NCBI GenBank assembly: GCA_965205025.1
Contig: CBDBFU010000012.1
Span: 32,001 to 96,000, forward strand
Source: Candidatus Poribacteria bacterium
Lineage (GTDB): Bacteria; Poribacteria; WGA-4E; WGA-3G
DNA: 64,000 nt
Reading direction: 5' to 3'
In this document: one piece after another, positions 19,836 through 31,674 of the stretch
Numbering within the stretch: position 1 is the stretch's first letter
How the letters are laid out: every line of letters starts with the position of its first letter
Made by a program: the position numbers and the translations under genes
The notes under the pieces: model-generated
Told to the model about the DNA's origin: nothing
Databases searched by the model: none
Seen by the model: only the letters and a program-made list of their open reading frames with translations

Positions 19836-21660
19836 ATGAAGGAAGTTACACTGATAAAGGTCATATTAATATGTATACTGATTAGTGCGGGTCTATTGGT
19901 GTTTCGAAACCTTGGACACAGCAAGATTCATTTTTGGGATGAAGCATTTCATGCTATTGTTGCACGCAACCTAACAAAACATCCAATAAAGTTTACACTC
20001 TATGATCAACCATGGTTGAAATATGACTATAAGGGATGGGGAGAAAATCATATATGGCTGCATAAACCACCCGTTGCGATGTGGGAAATCTGTATATCCC
20101 ATTTCATCTTTGGAATAAATGCTTTCGCTCTTCGGTTTCCTTCGGCAATAAGTCTTGTATTGTGTGCATGGTTAACATATAGAATTGCTTCTGATCTTAT
20201 AGATAAACGGACTGGATTAATTGCTGCATTTTTTCAAGCATTTAATCCATTTCTGTTTGAATCTGTTCACGGCTACCGTTTTTCTGATCACATTGATATA
20301 GCTTTACTACTATGGGTGCAAGTATCATGTTGGTTTTTACTTCGAGCAATTCGTACAGGAAAAAATAGGAATTACATATTATCTGGCATCGCAATGGGGA
20401 TAGCCTATCTTTCCAAGAGTTATCTTGCCTTGATTACTATCGGAATTGCCTTTGTTGTTTGGTTTGTGGAATGGTTCAAACAAATACGGTATAACAGGAA
20501 GAATGAATCTGATAATAATGAATCAAATGAAACGGATTCAATTGAGAATTTATCCTATATACCAACTGCACATATCAGGCTAAAGGATTTAGGGATACTC
20601 TTCTTAAGTGGTATTGTTACTGTTGCACCATGGGTAGTTTATTGTCTGATTTTTCATACTAAGGAATATATATGGGAACATAAACGAGTTATTGATCATC
20701 TAAATACGAATGTAGAGAATTGGGCGGCAGCATGGGATAGACCATTATTTGAATATATGCCTTTGTTCTATCCATTCTTCTATGCTATTATCTTTGCTAT
20801 TGTTCTGTGTTTAATTGTTGTATTGATTAGACGATGGCGATTACCAGAATTATTTCTGTTAGCATGGGCAATTGGGGTTATCGTACCACATACATTGGCA
20901 GAAACAAAGACTCCTTCTGCAACGATGATAGCCGTTCCACCATTACTGATCTGTTTGGCTTTTGTAATTAGTAAAGCATGGGAAAGAAGGGATTGGTTAT
21001 ACACCAGTATTTGGGGATCGTCAATGCTATCATTAGTTATAATTACTTATATAGCATCCAAGTACAACGGGAAATATTCGTTTCGTAATATACTACCAAT
21101 TGAAGGGATCAAAGGGTTTTGCACCTTTTGTCGCCAAACATATATGGATAGTGGAACAGCTTATCGGATTTACTCTTATCCTTATAGTAATCTTACTGAT
21201 TGACAATCTAATTCGTCGGTTGGATTGGAATAGATGGGCATGGACAGGACTACGAATTATCGCACTCATACTTACTGTTTTCTACGCAGGAAAATATGTG
21301 CATACAGCATACAATGTAACAAGTAGGAATGTTCAAATTCCATTATATGTTAAAAGTGGAGAAAGAATCCAACGAGAGCTTCCAGAGAATGCATGTTTTT
21401 TCACTGATGATGAACGCACTGGAGCACACTTCGATTTAATGTACTATGCAGATAGATCTACATATCAGATAAACAACGTCCATAGGAAAACACCACGTAA
21501 TTACATATCACAAGCAAAAGAGGCACGGAGTGCTGGAGCGATTCCATATTTATATTCTGTAAAACAGACAGATTATAAATACCCACTAATTATTGATGAA
21601 GAAATAGATATTGGAAATGGGAAAAAACAAAGGTATAGAATCTATGAAATTGTGGAATGA
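19836..21660 (+). CDS. ArnT/PMT-family (GT-C) glycosyltransferase, frameshifted near 21117
   Basis: WDEA, HKPP, ALRFPSA; T4 to T3 at 21117-21120 fuses the two ORFs. Confidence 0.8.
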
Positions 21661-21808
21661 CCATTTTTATTATTTTGATAGTCTTTGTTAAAATTGACAA
21701 AAGTTTAGTTCTTAGTTGATTTATTAATATAGATGATTTTATTTTTAATCATGAATTTTATTCATTAATAATATAGTTGTCTTCACCAATTTGGAGGTGA
21801 TCGGTTCT

Positions 21809-24790
21809 ATGAAACTAATAAGTTATTCGATATTATTATTATTGTTTTTAGTTCTCATTACAATGACTCTAAATGCAGCAGTAGACTGGAAAGCTTTAGA
21901 TGTAGGAAATTTATCATCAGCTGTTTTTAACACAACTGTCGTCGGTTATCCGAGTAATCCCACAGCTAATCCTTCCGGATGGTGGCCCGCAGGTACAAAC
22001 GATTCATACATTTTTGAGGGAGATATATGGATTGGTGCAAAAAAGAACGGAGAAGTAGGTGTTGCTGAATCAGATGGTAGACAAAGTGAAATATGGCCTA
22101 CCGATGATGCACCAGAGGTGGTTTCTAAAAAACCTGGAGTGACTTCAAAAGGAACACCTACGAATCAATCTATTTGGTTCAAATGTTCTGACACCAATCC
22201 TGAAGCAAATAAAGGATTAATACTCGGATTAGAGATTGAGGTTAATGGATTCCAATGGAGTTATGCTCCACTGTATGACTTCTTCATCCTTGAATATAAT
22301 GTGAAGAACATAGGGGAAGACACCCTTGAAGACCTATTTATGGCGTTTAGGTATGATGTTGATATTTCAAGTAATGAAACAGGCACAGCCAGTTATTCAG
22401 CAGATGACTTTGTGGCACTTGATCAGACACCAGATAGTCTAAATCCAGATGACCATCCAAACCGATATCTATCATACGGTTTCTCGAATGCTTCAGCACC
22501 AGGATATATTGGTTTACGTGTTCTCAATGCCTATATTGGTGATGATGCTGAAGATGATTCAGCTACAATTCCTTTCACAGCTCATAAGAGAATTACAATC
22601 GATACCGATCCATCAACAGATGCAGAGATGTATGCATTAATCAGTACTCCAGGTGTGGAACCCCTTCCTGCTAACTATGATGATCAACGTTTTATACAAT
22701 CATACGGTCCAGTCGAATCTTTTGCACCAGGAGATACTTTTAACGTCATCATCGCAGTAGCAATTGGAGAAGGTTTGGCAGGTTTGCAGGCCTCATCAGA
22801 TTGGGCACAGAAACTGTATGATGATGATTATATTGCTCCTGCTCCACCACCATCCCCTCTTGTGACTGCCTATCCTGCAGATGGTCAAGTATCTCTGATA
22901 TGGGAGAGTACTGATCGTTGGGTGACTGATGGTGTAAATAAGAGTATAGAAGAATATATTGACCCAACTGATTCAGAGAAGATATTTGAAGGTTACAGAG
23001 TTTATAGACGTGATACTTCTTACGATGAGAGTACAGGTAAACCTGTAGAAAATTGGGAAATGTTGATGGAATTCGACAAACCAAGTGCTACAGGTAATTT
23101 CTTCACTGTTTCACACGTTGGAAAGCTATCAGAAGCAACTATTGAGAGTATGGGAGTCGAACCATCTTTTGCAGACTTCTTTAAGAATGCCACATACGCT
23201 ATAAAGTTTAATTCAAGTACGGATTTTGAAATCATCAATACTACTTTATGGGAAGTCTTGGCATTTAACGAATCATTCCCAGGTGATGGTGGGGGGTATG
23301 TTGTCGTAAAAGATCCAAATTCAGGTGAGCCATTTCCTGATGGTACATATCGGTCTGGAGAACTAATCTATTTTGGCGGACTCTATGTCAAGATTACTGA
23401 TGGCCCCTCAGGTCCACCAGTTGCAGGAGATATTTTTCGTGTTGTTTCTACTCCGTCAATTGCGTTAGGTGAAGACGCAGGTATAAAAAATTTCTATACT
23501 GACGAAGGTCTGATCAATGGACTTCAATACACTTATGCAGTCACCTCCTATGATACAGGAAATCCTAAGAAAGCATTGCCTTCAATGGAAAGTAGCCAGA
23601 TTGAAACGATGGTTCATGTAGTTCCACGTTCACAACCTGCTGGGTATAGAGAACCGACAGTAAACGTAGAAATGCCCGATGCTGTGACTGTAACGATCGA
23701 ACCAATGGTCTTAGCACCAAAGAAAGTAACGGGACATCAATACAAGATGGTCTGGTATGGTGCAAAGCAAACTGGTCCGGGGGCATACATAACAGGACCA
23801 GGTTATCAACCACCCTCTTATGAGATAATCGACACAGTCACTAACCAGACTGTCGTAGAAAAACAAATCTTTGACTGGTATGATGCTAACCATTATGCTG
23901 CTTTTGAAGCACTATCACCGATGTTTGATGGTATCATCTTGAAAATGAAAGGTGTTGATATAACCTATGACACTCCTGATGAAAACCCAATTAATGACGT
24001 TAAACTTACTGCAGGTTCAGTTACGGATTGGTCAGTAAAGATTGAATCCCCAGGTGCAGGTGAAAATACTTGGCCAAACATTTTCTGGGCTACATATTAT
24101 CGTCCACATATATACACTATTACATTTATTGACGATACACATGTTAAAGTTGTCGATGAGGATATGGATGAAGAAATCGAATTTAATGACCAACGGGCAG
24201 ATGGATATGCCATTCTAACAGGTTCAGGTTGGAGCGATGAATACATACCGGCAGATACACAGGGTTATTTTAGAATCTTCATCCGTGGAGCGTATGTCTA
24301 TATTTTTGATCCTAACGGAGAATTATCCACCGGAGACGTTTTCACGGTAGATATGGGTGGAATTAGTGCACCCCAAGATGGGGACGAAGTTCTAATTTCA
24401 ACACAAGGTGAATCACTTGATTCTGAGAATATCAAGGATGACCTTGATGATATACGTGTGGTGCCAAATCCGTATTTTGTCACTAACAAAACTGTTACAG
24501 CAGAAGGAACGGATCAAGTTTTCTTCACCCATCTCCCACCACGATGTACAATCAGAGTATACACATTAGCAGGTGAATTAGTACGAGAAATAAAACATGA
24601 AAGTACAACACTCTTCAACCCAGATGAACGTTTAGCACAAGGGGATAAGGGAGGTACAGCAGAATTCGATCTGCTTAACCGCTACAATCAAGCACTTGCA
24701 AGTGGTGTGTATATATTCCATGTTGAAGCGATAGATGAAAGCAATGCAGTTATTGGAAATAAGATAGGTCGTTTTGCAATTATACGATAA
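21809..24790 (+). CDS. Large secreted protein with FnIII-like segment and T9SS-CTD-like C-terminus
   Basis: Signal peptide; FEGYRVYR, YTYAVTSYD; IRVVPNPY...IRVYTLAGELVR...ASGVYIFHV. Confidence 0.75.
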   Translation: MKLISYSILLLLFLVLITMTLNAAVDWKALDVGNLSSAVFNTTVVGYPSNPTANPSGWWPAGTNDSYIFEGDIWIGAKKNGEVGVAESDGRQSEIWPTDDAPEVVSKKPGVTSKGTPTNQSIWFKCSDTNPEANKGLILGLEIEVNGFQWSYAPLYDFFILEYNVKNIGEDTLEDLFMAFRYDVDISSNETGTASYSADDFVALDQTPDSLNPDDHPNRYLSYGFSNASAPGYIGLRVLNAYIGDDAEDDSATIPFTAHKRITIDTDPSTDAEMYALISTPGVEPLPANYDDQRFIQSYGPVESFAPGDTFNVIIAVAIGEGLAGLQASSDWAQKLYDDDYIAPAPPPSPLVTAYPADGQVSLIWESTDRWVTDGVNKSIEEYIDPTDSEKIFEGYRVYRRDTSYDESTGKPVENWEMLMEFDKPSATGNFFTVSHVGKLSEATIESMGVEPSFADFFKNATYAIKFNSSTDFEIINTTLWEVLAFNESFPGDGGGYVVVKDPNSGEPFPDGTYRSGELIYFGGLYVKITDGPSGPPVAGDIFRVVSTPSIALGEDAGIKNFYTDEGLINGLQYTYAVTSYDTGNPKKALPSMESSQIETMVHVVPRSQPAGYREPTVNVEMPDAVTVTIEPMVLAPKKVTGHQYKMVWYGAKQTGPGAYITGPGYQPPSYEIIDTVTNQTVVEKQIFDWYDANHYAAFEALSPMFDGIILKMKGVDITYDTPDENPINDVKLTAGSVTDWSVKIESPGAGENTWPNIFWATYYRPHIYTITFIDDTHVKVVDEDMDEEIEFNDQRADGYAILTGSGWSDEYIPADTQGYFRIFIRGAYVYIFDPNGELSTGDVFTVDMGGISAPQDGDEVLISTQGESLDSENIKDDLDDIRVVPNPYFVTNKTVTAEGTDQVFFTHLPPRCTIRVYTLAGELVREIKHESTTLFNPDERLAQGDKGGTAEFDLLNRYNQALASGVYIFHVEAIDESNAVIGNKIGRFAIIR

Positions 24791-24828
24791 TGTTTTTGTT
24801 CATAGACAACGCTTTATAGGAGTGATAC

Positions 24829-25971
24829 ATGTATAATTCTATTTTTGGTGAACATATAGAAGATAATAATACCAACCTAAGAAAGATAGTTAACATGAAG
24901 ATTGGCACTTTTACATTTTTGCTTTTTATCATCTTTGCACTGTTTATATTTTACAATGTTCCAAGCCATGCTACTACAAATGTAGGGACTGCAGGAGCAC
25001 AGTTTTTGAAGATTGGACCAGGTGCAAGGGTTGATAGTCTTGGAGGGACGTTTGGTGCAATTGCCAATGATGTTACAACAATCTATTGGAACCCTGCAGG
25101 GTTAAGCCAACTTAAGAAGACCAGTTTTTCTGATACACATACACTCTGGATTGCAGATATTCAATATAATTATCTTGCTTTTGCTACCCCAATTGAGAAT
25201 GTAGGAACTCTTGGGGCGAGTGTTACATTTCTAAATGTACCAGACATAGAAATCACTACCCTCGCAAAACCAGATGGTACAGGTCTTATGTATTCTGCCT
25301 GGGATTCCGCTGTTTCGTTGGCATACTCCAGACAACTCTATGAAAAAGATTCTGGTGCTAAACTATCCTTTGGTATAAATACTAAATACATACACCAGCA
25401 AATTCATAGAGAGAAAGCAACGGGAGTCGCATTAGATGTTGGTACATTGTATCATACTGGATGGCGTAGTCTAAGGATAGGTATGTCATTTTCAAACTTT
25501 GGTCCAGAAATGAGTTTCAGTGGACCGGATCTTGAGACAGGCGTAGAAGAAGCAGGAGATGAACGAAATGCTGAATATCATCCATTTCCAGATACAACCA
25601 ATCCAGCACGAAAAGCGGAATTAAAAACCATCGAATATCCACTACCTTCTAATTTTAGACTCGGTATTGCTTATGATCTTATTGATTCTGATGCCAATCT
25701 TCTTACAATCGCACTTGATGGTAACCACCCAAATGACAACAGTGAACGACTTAACTTTGGTATGGAATACTGGTATAAGAGGATGGCAGCGATTCGCGCA
25801 GGGTACAAACTTCGATTGGGTCCAGATAGAGTTGATGATCAAGAAGGAATTACTCTCGGTTTAGGAATACACCTAAAATTCTCTGAAACTACGCTATCTC
25901 TTGATTATGCATTTGCTGATTTTGGTCATTTACAACAAGCACATAGAATTAGCTTAGGACTCAACTTCTAA
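24829..25971 (+). CDS. PorV/PorQ (UPF0164)-family outer-membrane beta-barrel
   Basis: AQFLKIGPGAR, YWNPAGL, LDYAF...HRISL..F. Confidence 0.8.
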   Translation: MYNSIFGEHIEDNNTNLRKIVNMKIGTFTFLLFIIFALFIFYNVPSHATTNVGTAGAQFLKIGPGARVDSLGGTFGAIANDVTTIYWNPAGLSQLKKTSFSDTHTLWIADIQYNYLAFATPIENVGTLGASVTFLNVPDIEITTLAKPDGTGLMYSAWDSAVSLAYSRQLYEKDSGAKLSFGINTKYIHQQIHREKATGVALDVGTLYHTGWRSLRIGMSFSNFGPEMSFSGPDLETGVEEAGDERNAEYHPFPDTTNPARKAELKTIEYPLPSNFRLGIAYDLIDSDANLLTIALDGNHPNDNSERLNFGMEYWYKRMAAIRAGYKLRLGPDRVDDQEGITLGLGIHLKFSETTLSLDYAFADFGHLQQAHRISLGLNF

Positions 25972-26001
25972 AATCACAGATATGGCATTAATTAACATAT
26001 T

Positions 26002-26215
26002 ATACCATTTTCACTTGAGATATAAATTACGTCTTACAACTAATAGAACCAATTAGATGTAGAGTTAGAGTCCCGTAGGGACGGAATGTTTATAGAATAG
26101 ACAACTTCAACATAGATTGAGTCCCGTAGGGACGGAATGTTTATAGAATAACTTTTGACCTAAATTGACTCTTTCGATCTACTATTAATCTAAACTGATT
26201 AAGTAGAATTGGTAT
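26002..26215. mobile_element. B-type shell carrying a REP-A doublet (26068-26148)
   Basis: ATACCATTTTC...GAATTGGTAT; 30-bp repeats with 21-nt spacer. Confidence 0.8.
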
Positions 26216-26242
26216 TACTTTCTAACTGAATATACTTCAAAT

Positions 26243-27667
26243 ATGATTTCCAAACCGAATATCGTTTACCTACTTGCAGATCAAATACGTGCTTCTTCAC
26301 TCCCTATATATGGTGAGGAACAAATTCAAACACCACATATTGATCGACTTGCAGAAGAGGGCACAGTATTTTCTAACGCAATAGCAACTGCTCCAGTATG
26401 TACTCCATACAGATCCATGCTATTGACAGGAAGACACCCACAGACAACTGGACACCTTATTAATTTTGTAAGGACAAGACATGATGAAATTGGTATTGGT
26501 GATGTCTTCAGTAGAAATGGATATAATACAGCCTGGATTGGAAAATGGCATCTTCACACGGGTTCATTTCCTGAAATAGGGGGTCGTGATTATGTACCTG
26601 AAGGACGGGATAGACTTGGCTTTCAACATTGGAGAGGTTACAATTTTCATACCGATTATTTCAATGGTACCGTAAACCTTGATGATTGGCGTAATGAAAG
26701 ATGGGAAGGTTATGAAACTGATGCGTTGAATCAATATGCCTTCCAATTTATGGATCAGCAGAATGAAGATACACCTTTTTGCATTTTTATCTCTCCACAC
26801 CAAGCACATTCCACACCTTATGAATATGCACCTCAAGAATACTATGATAGACTCCCATCAGACCTACATCTTCCAGAAAACGTGCCGAATTCGGTAAAAG
26901 AGCAATCCTTAAAAGTATATCGACACTATCTGGCAATGACTTTGGCAGTAGATGATATGCTTGGTGATTTAATGTCATATCTTGAGAAAACTGGTCGTGT
27001 TGAGAATACACTGCTTATCTTTGGATCGGATCACGGTACACAGGGTGGTGCACAAGGTATCAACTTCTGGGCAAAGAAAAAACCTTACGAGGAATCCATC
27101 AAAGTTCCACTCATTATGAGACTTCCAGGTGTATTTGAACGAAACAGAATCTGTGATACTCTTACCTCACCTGTCGATCTGTTCCCGTCTCTTTGTGGTT
27201 TATGCGATATTCAACCCCCAAGAACTGTTGAAGGTTATGACCTATCTGCATCATGGCGAGGTGAACCAAATGCTTTTGAACAGAACGCAGTACTAACTAT
27301 GAACTTTGGCGCGACTTATGATTATCTGGTTGATGGTGACGAATGGCGTGGAGTTCGTACAAAAACACACAGCTATGCCCAATGGTTGGATGGGAAACGG
27401 ATGTTATATAAATTGGAAGAAGATCCGCTTCAAATAAATAACCTAATTGACAGTGCAGAAGCCAAACCATTGATAAATGAAATGGAGAATACTCTAACAG
27501 AATTGATGAATGTTCGGAATGATAAACTGCAACCTGCCACTAATTATACGGATTGGTATGATGCTCAACGTCGTATCATTCGAAATGCTCACGGTCCTCT
27601 TGGTAACCCTGAAGATGAACCGGATTGGTCTCTGTTGTCAAATTTTACATTCCCTAATTATGGTTGA
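26243..27667 (+). CDS. Sulfatase (Cys-type, formylglycine dependent)
   Basis: CTPYRSMLLTG (CxPxR), GKWHL, SDHG. Confidence 0.93.
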   Translation: MISKPNIVYLLADQIRASSLPIYGEEQIQTPHIDRLAEEGTVFSNAIATAPVCTPYRSMLLTGRHPQTTGHLINFVRTRHDEIGIGDVFSRNGYNTAWIGKWHLHTGSFPEIGGRDYVPEGRDRLGFQHWRGYNFHTDYFNGTVNLDDWRNERWEGYETDALNQYAFQFMDQQNEDTPFCIFISPHQAHSTPYEYAPQEYYDRLPSDLHLPENVPNSVKEQSLKVYRHYLAMTLAVDDMLGDLMSYLEKTGRVENTLLIFGSDHGTQGGAQGINFWAKKKPYEESIKVPLIMRLPGVFERNRICDTLTSPVDLFPSLCGLCDIQPPRTVEGYDLSASWRGEPNAFEQNAVLTMNFGATYDYLVDGDEWRGVRTKTHSYAQWLDGKRMLYKLEEDPLQINNLIDSAEAKPLINEMENTLTELMNVRNDKLQPATNYTDWYDAQRRIIRNAHGPLGNPEDEPDWSLLSNFTFPNYG

Positions 27668-27851
27668 GATCCATTATTTTATTCATCAAATTAGGTACTA
27701 ATTCAGTTTACTGTAGTACGAAAGCTAATGTTTGATCTGAATATTAATTTCTGTCTGCTTCGGATGAGATAATCTTTGTAGATAATTTATCCCGTTGAAA
27801 TATGGTAATCACTCCACTGAAATTGAGTCGCCCGTAAGTGAATAGATTCAA

Positions 27852-30245
27852 TCAGGAGATTTTTCTACTGATTGAATCGAAATTCGTACCTTTTGGCATA
27901 ACAAAGAGACATTGTCCATTACTGCGTGCTTCCCATAATTCACCTATTTCCCGTTTTTCTACAGCATCATCAGCTGACCAAAGATGGCTTCCTTTTGACT
28001 CAACAACCAAATAGCGTCCATCAGTCAAAAGACAAACAAAATCAGGATAAAACTTGTCAGTTGAAGTTTGAAGCCAAAAAGAAAATGTCTGTTGTCGTTC
28101 TATATTTCGCACCCAAAACTTGACTAATTGATGCATGTCGATAAATTGGGCACACTGGAATTCTTCACCACCATCTTTCAGATCACCGACAGATGGGTAA
28201 TAATGTTTTTTAAATTGATAAGAACCCTTATATCGAGTATTACAAGGATATCGCTGTGGATCGAAAGAAAAGCAGTGGTCAGGAGATACAACAACTGGTG
28301 TTGCACATTCAGGTAATAATAGATTCCGATATGCATCAGAGTGTGTCTTTTGTCGATAACTATCAATCTTTGTTGCTGCAGCATTTTTGAGAATATATTT
28401 ATTACGGATTAGGACTTCTAGCGAAATACCACGACCATCAACAAGATAATTGACTAATCGTTTAAGAAAGGGAAGTGATTCACTGCGTAATATATCTAAA
28501 TGTACGATAGATCTATCAAGCCAGTCTGCAAGACGTGATGCATCCCAGTTCTTATCAGGCGCGAGGAGAGACATTTGTTGATGTAAAATGCCTATATACT
28601 GTGCCTCAACTCTACCTTCTTCAGAAATACCTATCTCACCCCTTTGTCCTGTTTCAAATTCAGATGGAAATTCTTCTTCTGTAAGTTCGGCGTTACATTC
28701 TGACAATTTCCATATAGTCTCTAAAAATCGAGATGATTCAAAATCCAGAATGTTTTGATCATTTTGAACCATCAACTTTGGTACTCTAAAATATTGACCT
28801 TGTTCAGATGGTGCAGGTTCCTGATTATGTTGTGCAATTCCCTCAAAAAATGGAAAATCCATTTGTTGGTCATTACTTGGGCGGATAAGTTCTGCAGCTT
28901 CCTGCTTCTCAAATCCGTTTTGAACGAGTCCATCAACCAAGGATAAGGCAGCATTAGAGAAATTTTGAGAGGTAACATAAGCATAAGCACAATTTAGTGA
29001 TTCGTGCTTTTTACGCTGTGCTTTCGGTAACCTCATGACCCTACCTAAGATCTGTTCAACGGTAGTTGTGGACTTGATTTCTGCTACAGAGCAAAGTATG
29101 TATGCAAATGGACAATCCCAACCTTCCCTTAATGCTTGTACTGTAATCACATAACGGATTTTGCAATCCTTATCAATAATGTCAACATCGTCAAGATCTT
29201 TATCCTCCCCAGTAGCACGAGCGACATGTTCCTTAGGAATCTGGTGTTCCTCAATCAAACATTGTTCAACAACTTCGACAGTCAGAGTTTCTTTGTTCTT
29301 ACTTTTTGGTTGTGCCTGAATCAGCATAATTGGACGAATGTATTCTCCTGTTTGCTGTTGTTCATTCTTAGCATCCATTTCCAAAGTATTACGCTGTGCA
29401 ATTGCTGAACTAAGCAGTTGTTTCCAATCAGGCATTGTTTCTAATTGGATAGGCATTTTTATCATATCTTCCGCATGCAGTTCTGCTGCAGAGACAGAAT
29501 AGAGTACATTAGATGGATTTGTTGTAGTATCTGGGGTAGCAGTAAATTCTACTATTGCCGATGGATTGAATCGAGCGAGTGTATCAAATGAGAGTGATGT
29601 CCGTGCATTATGTGCCTCATCAACAATCACAAGTGGGCGTTTAACACATAATAGATTCGCAAGAGAGTAGATTGGTTTACCATCTTCATCGTGTTCAAGT
29701 TCTGTCAGTGTATCTTCAGAAAGGTGTGTGAAGTGTCCCATTAGTGCCCCTGACTGTTCATAAACTTTTCTGCCATCTGTGTCTTCAACACGAAAAGCTT
29801 GCATGGTAGATACAATAATCGTAGTTTTAGTATTAAGGACATGTAGCGGAAGAGATAGTGCTTCACTTATAGTGAATACCTCAATGTTATGTCTTGCGGA
29901 TACAAAAGCATCTCTATAGGGATGTTCTCTTGTTTTTAATGCGTTAAGTGTCTGTTCTCGGATTGCGTTTGATGGAGTGAGCCAAAGAACCAACGGATTA
30001 TCGGTTTTTAATAGTTCAGAGGCTGTAATACTGACAGCATGACAGGCAACGAAAGTTTTTCCACCGCCTGTAGGAAGACGTAGACAAACGTAAGGAAGGC
30101 CTGGCAAAGCTTCAACTGCAGCATAGGGTCGCTGTGTTAATTCATAAAATGCCGTGTTAGCATTCTGAAAACCAAGACATTTTTCATAATAGGTTTTTAA
30201 TGTTTCAAGTGTGTGTTCTTGATATTCTTTGAGAGGTAGGTGCAT
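27852..30245 (-). CDS. res: Type III restriction endonuclease Res subunit
   Basis: PTGGGKT, VDEAH, TATP, LREGWD; C-terminal PDF...VESKG nuclease motif. Confidence 0.88.
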   Translation of the reverse strand: MHLPLKEYQEHTLETLKTYYEKCLGFQNANTAFYELTQRPYAAVEALPGLPYVCLRLPTGGGKTFVACHAVSITASELLKTDNPLVLWLTPSNAIREQTLNALKTREHPYRDAFVSARHNIEVFTISEALSLPLHVLNTKTTIIVSTMQAFRVEDTDGRKVYEQSGALMGHFTHLSEDTLTELEHDEDGKPIYSLANLLCVKRPLVIVDEAHNARTSLSFDTLARFNPSAIVEFTATPDTTTNPSNVLYSVSAAELHAEDMIKMPIQLETMPDWKQLLSSAIAQRNTLEMDAKNEQQQTGEYIRPIMLIQAQPKSKNKETLTVEVVEQCLIEEHQIPKEHVARATGEDKDLDDVDIIDKDCKIRYVITVQALREGWDCPFAYILCSVAEIKSTTTVEQILGRVMRLPKAQRKKHESLNCAYAYVTSQNFSNAALSLVDGLVQNGFEKQEAAELIRPSNDQQMDFPFFEGIAQHNQEPAPSEQGQYFRVPKLMVQNDQNILDFESSRFLETIWKLSECNAELTEEEFPSEFETGQRGEIGISEEGRVEAQYIGILHQQMSLLAPDKNWDASRLADWLDRSIVHLDILRSESLPFLKRLVNYLVDGRGISLEVLIRNKYILKNAAATKIDSYRQKTHSDAYRNLLLPECATPVVVSPDHCFSFDPQRYPCNTRYKGSYQFKKHYYPSVGDLKDGGEEFQCAQFIDMHQLVKFWVRNIERQQTFSFWLQTSTDKFYPDFVCLLTDGRYLVVESKGSHLWSADDAVEKREIGELWEARSNGQCLFVMPKGTNFDSISRKIS

Positions 30246-30339
30246 TGTTTTTGTTTTGGGTTACATCTATTCATTCTTCAGTTTTCTGGTTGATTACATA
30301 GAATCACAAGGTTATTGTTCTCAGATTTCTTTATTTCTT

Positions 30340-31437
30340 TTACACATTAGAGAGTAGATTTATAAGATCTCTATTTATATAGTAAGATTCTCTTCCTGTC
30401 TTAACCCGATCAAGTATGCCAAGGTCTGTAATTTCGTTAAGATATTTCGTCGCAGTTACCCGACTACACTTCAATTCTTTCTCAACTATATTAATCTTAC
30501 AGTAGGGCCATTTGAATAGTAAATCGACAAAACCTTCTCGCTCAACCGCTTTCGTTTTACCTTGAGCTCGTATGGTAAAATTATTAATGAGGTTGTTAAT
30601 TTCTTCTATCATAAGTGCGGTTTCCCTTGATGTTTGTTCTACTGCTGCTAATACATACAGTATCCACTGTTCCCATTCCCCTTCTTCTGTCACTTCACGT
30701 AAGTATCTGTAATACTCAGAACGATTTTGGATAAAGAACCGACTGAGATATAATATTGGAACATCAAGCAATTCTTGATGCATCAGATACAAGATATTGA
30801 GGATACGTCCTGTACGTCCATTTCCGTCTGTGAATGGATGTATTGCTTCAAATTGGTAATGCATGACCGCCATTTTTACAAGTGGTTCGATTCCGTCTCT
30901 TTCATCATTGATGAAGTGTTCAAGGTTAGTTAACAACCTGATAATGTTATCGTATCCAGTTGGAGGGGTATATATGATTTCATTTGTCGTAGGGTTTTGA
31001 ATCTTGACATCATATTTACGAACATCCATCTGGACATCCAATACACGCGTACATATTTGCTCAAAGAGTGGTGTATTAATAATGGGTCGGTCCCTCATGT
31101 TATACATTCCTGTCCATAGTGCCTCACGGTAACGTAGTACCTCTTTTGTGTTTGGTGTTATTTGGATTTTTTCAGATGACATAGCGCGGTATAGTTCATC
31201 ATTGGTAGTCACTATGTTTTCAATTTCCGAACTCCTACGGGCTTCCTGTAGCGGTAATGTATGCACTAAGACAGCTTCGTTTGGCAATGTTCTCATCAAG
31301 GCATTTACTCTGGCAAGCTCAGCCATAGCGGTGATACAAGTTTTAAGTATGTTGTAGGATTCAAGTTCAGCTGCAGGTGGGAGTATAGGAATATCGTTCC
31401 ACGGAGTATTTTGATCAAACCCAGGTTTAAGCATCAT
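30340..31437 (-). CDS. Class II Fic protein with C-terminal HTH
   Basis: HPFTDGNGRTGR; N-terminal inhibitory motif SSEIEN. Confidence 0.92.
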   Translation of the reverse strand: MMLKPGFDQNTPWNDIPILPPAAELESYNILKTCITAMAELARVNALMRTLPNEAVLVHTLPLQEARRSSEIENIVTTNDELYRAMSSEKIQITPNTKEVLRYREALWTGMYNMRDRPIINTPLFEQICTRVLDVQMDVRKYDVKIQNPTTNEIIYTPPTGYDNIIRLLTNLEHFINDERDGIEPLVKMAVMHYQFEAIHPFTDGNGRTGRILNILYLMHQELLDVPILYLSRFFIQNRSEYYRYLREVTEEGEWEQWILYVLAAVEQTSRETALMIEEINNLINNFTIRAQGKTKAVEREGFVDLLFKWPYCKINIVEKELKCSRVTATKYLNEITDLGILDRVKTGRESYYINRDLINLLSNV

Positions 31438-31456
31438 GTTTCACAACCTTCTTAAC

Positions 31457-31638
31457 TGACATGCATAGTTTTTCACAATTTCTATACATATTATAGGTAA
31501 TATGTATAAATTCTTTACATATCATAGTTGACATGTATAGTTTTTCGCAATTTCTATACATATTATAGGTAATATGTATAAATTCTTTACATATCATAGT
31601 TGACATGTATAGTTTTTCGCAATTTCTATACATATTAT
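31457..31638. repeat. Tandem repeat, 72-bp unit, about 2.5 copies, with ATGTATA..TATACAT palindromes
   Basis: Units start at 31457, 31529 and 31601. Confidence 0.93.
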
Positions 31639-31674
31639 GAATATATCCATTGCAATTAGTTGTCAAATTATCCT

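Noticed and set aside
21111-21120. AAAGGGTTTT as a programmed -1 frameshift
   Set aside because: Joining the ORFs needs a +1 shift, not -1
31427-31666. 79-aa repeat ORF
   Set aside because: Translation of the 72-bp tandem array with no independent coding evidence
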